From assembly GCA_964035545.1 (NCBI GenBank), contig OZ037769.1, positions 11,190,633-11,254,632 of the forward strand: 64,000 nt of DNA, written 5' to 3'. A model generated the notes under the pieces. The model ran no database searches. It saw only the letters and a list, made by a program, of their open reading frames with translations, and had not been told where the DNA came from. Source of the stretch: Bugula neritina (Eukaryota > Animalia > Bryozoa). This document shows, in pieces, positions 62,137 through 64,000 of the stretch. The first letter of the stretch is position 1, and every line of letters starts with the position of its first letter. The translations under genes and the position numbers were made by a program.

Positions 62137-64000
62137 AAGAAACTCTGTTTGACTATAGCAGTGGTTCCTAAAAAAGTATTTTAAGTTTTTAAGGCTACAG
62201 ACCATTTGTCTCAAACCATTTGTCAGCACTGTAAGCTAGACCAGACTGCTCCATCTTATCTGTCTAAAAGAAGGATGCTACACTAGGCTGTGCTATTAAT
62301 AACTGTGTGACTGGTTGTGAGTTTAATGCCTAAGATCAAAACATTGCCTATTATAGCATACCAGAACTCCTGAACAGGCTTGAGGAAGTAGTAATTGTGT
62401 TGATTTAAGACTCTACTTGATTATAAGAAGTCTGTCAGTTCGTTATTCTCACAGCTGCCGTTCTCCATGTTAAAACTATCCTTATAACTTGAAGTTACAT
62501 GATGTAGTTTGTTTCAGCCCAGGTGACATCCAGTTTGTTAATTCAAAACCCAAATTATTAATCATTTCCAAATATGTGGAGAATGGTTTTCAAGGGAGTC
62601 CCTCAAGGCTTATAGAGTTTTGTAACTGAGGTTAATGATGCAAGATCTCCCAAAACTTGTTTTATGCAGCAATTTTTCTTCTCTCTTTTGTTATTAATAG
62701 GTAAAGGAGTTGTCCAATATAAAGTGAAGTTCAATATTGTGCATTCTACTAACTTACTATGTAGTAATGGAAGTTCATTTTTAAAACTGAAAGTAAATTA
62801 AAAATAGATGATAGGTACATTCCTTGTCTGCTCAATAAGTTGCTGTGTGAAGTAGAGTGAGTCTAAGAACTGAATAGAAGGCATATGGTGGGCATGTATC
62901 TAATGTGTTCCCTAAAGGCTTGTAATTTGAACATATTGTATAGAGTGATAATTAACTTAATACAGTTGTTAATACTAAAACACAGCCTGTAGCATTAGTA
63001 TTGAGGCTCAGTCATCTAATCACATGGGGTGAAGGATCAATACAATAATATCATTATTTGTTCTAAAATATCAACCTGCATTAAGTTACTCGTAGTGTTT
63101 GTTTAAACAAAATGAACTCAGCACCAACATGCTGTAGCATTGACTGTGTGAGGGGATTGTAAGGAAGTTGTGAGTAAAATGATATGTGTTGATGAAAAAT
63201 AAGTTGACAGTATAACTTACACATTTAATCACCACCCAAGATGCCAAAAGGTGTTGAGTTTTTCATTCTTATATTGTAAGGCGAAATAGTTTGTGGTATT
63301 TGGTAACTTATTTTTGTACGAACTTGAAATGCAAGCTTCAAACCACTTGGAAACTATAATCTTAGGTTCAATGTTGAACTTAAGCTGCACGTATACAGGC
63401 AAATTATTTTGGCCGATTTTGTACTAGCCGATTTCTCTGTGGCCAATTTGCAATGAGCCGAAAAATCTAGATGATTTTTATGTCCTGCATTATTTGTCTG
63501 CTTTCGGATGGCTCTCAGTCTATATAACTTTCTTAGGTTTATGCGCAGAGGTACAAACGCTCCCTGATCTGAAATGATTTCAACAGTAGTGTTAATCGCT
63601 CGCTGTCGTGATTTCTGCCGCCTTTTGATTGGCTGGTTCAACTGAATATCGGCGAGAAATTGATCATACTCAATTGTGAAAATCGGGCCAGGAACAAAAT
63701 CGGCTGATAAATTTTATTTTAAAAAACTGTCGGCCTTATGATTTTATAAGGCCGACAGTTTTTCGGCCTTATGAAATATTTATATAGAATACAAGGAATT
63801 AGGCTAGAAGTGTGTGGCATTTGTTTTAATTCGATACCTAGCATTGGGACAATCTCTAATATTAGAATGTATAAGCATAGCACTAGCCAGTTTTGTATCA
63901 CTGATAATATCCTGCGGGAAGTGTAGAGCTTCTTGTCACTCATAACTCACTCTAACATTATTCACTATACTCAATGTGTTGTTGGTCAGGTTATTCCACA

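Noticed and set aside
56340-62620. Scattered RT-like words (GVP and ADD near 56350-56385, GVPQG at about 62596)
   Set aside because: Too short and degraded to call a LINE without an alignment

Overview
AT-rich, intron-rich animal genomic DNA, most likely an invertebrate bilaterian (possibly lophotrochozoan; inference only). It is not prokaryotic and has no CRISPR array or rRNA. Five spliced protein-coding genes can be reconstructed by hand with consistent splice phases: a STAT5-like transcription factor (+, 674 to >13227), a convergent MATCAP/KIAA0895-family tubulin tyrosine carboxypeptidase (-, 19745-15219), G-protein alpha-i (+, 28608-39515), VMP1 (+, 44467-52043) and the 5' part of an integrin alpha (+, 53466 to beyond the window). 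Mobile DNA includes a nearly intact 5'-truncated CR1/L2-group LINE and a diverged sister fragment, an intron-containing P-element/THAP9-type transposon with an 8-bp TSD inside GNAI intron 7, tRNA-derived SINE-like sequences, several MITEs/foldbacks and many intron-specific mini/microsatellites. Most notable: (1) a 157-codon orphan exon that can splice in frame onto VMP1, giving a 166-aa N-terminal extension; (2) a hAT-like MITE that duplicated the STAT exon-2 splice acceptor, leaving a potential poison acceptor; (3) the spliced P element; (4) TAG/TAA-rich tracts and long palindromes just downstream of each inferred promoter.
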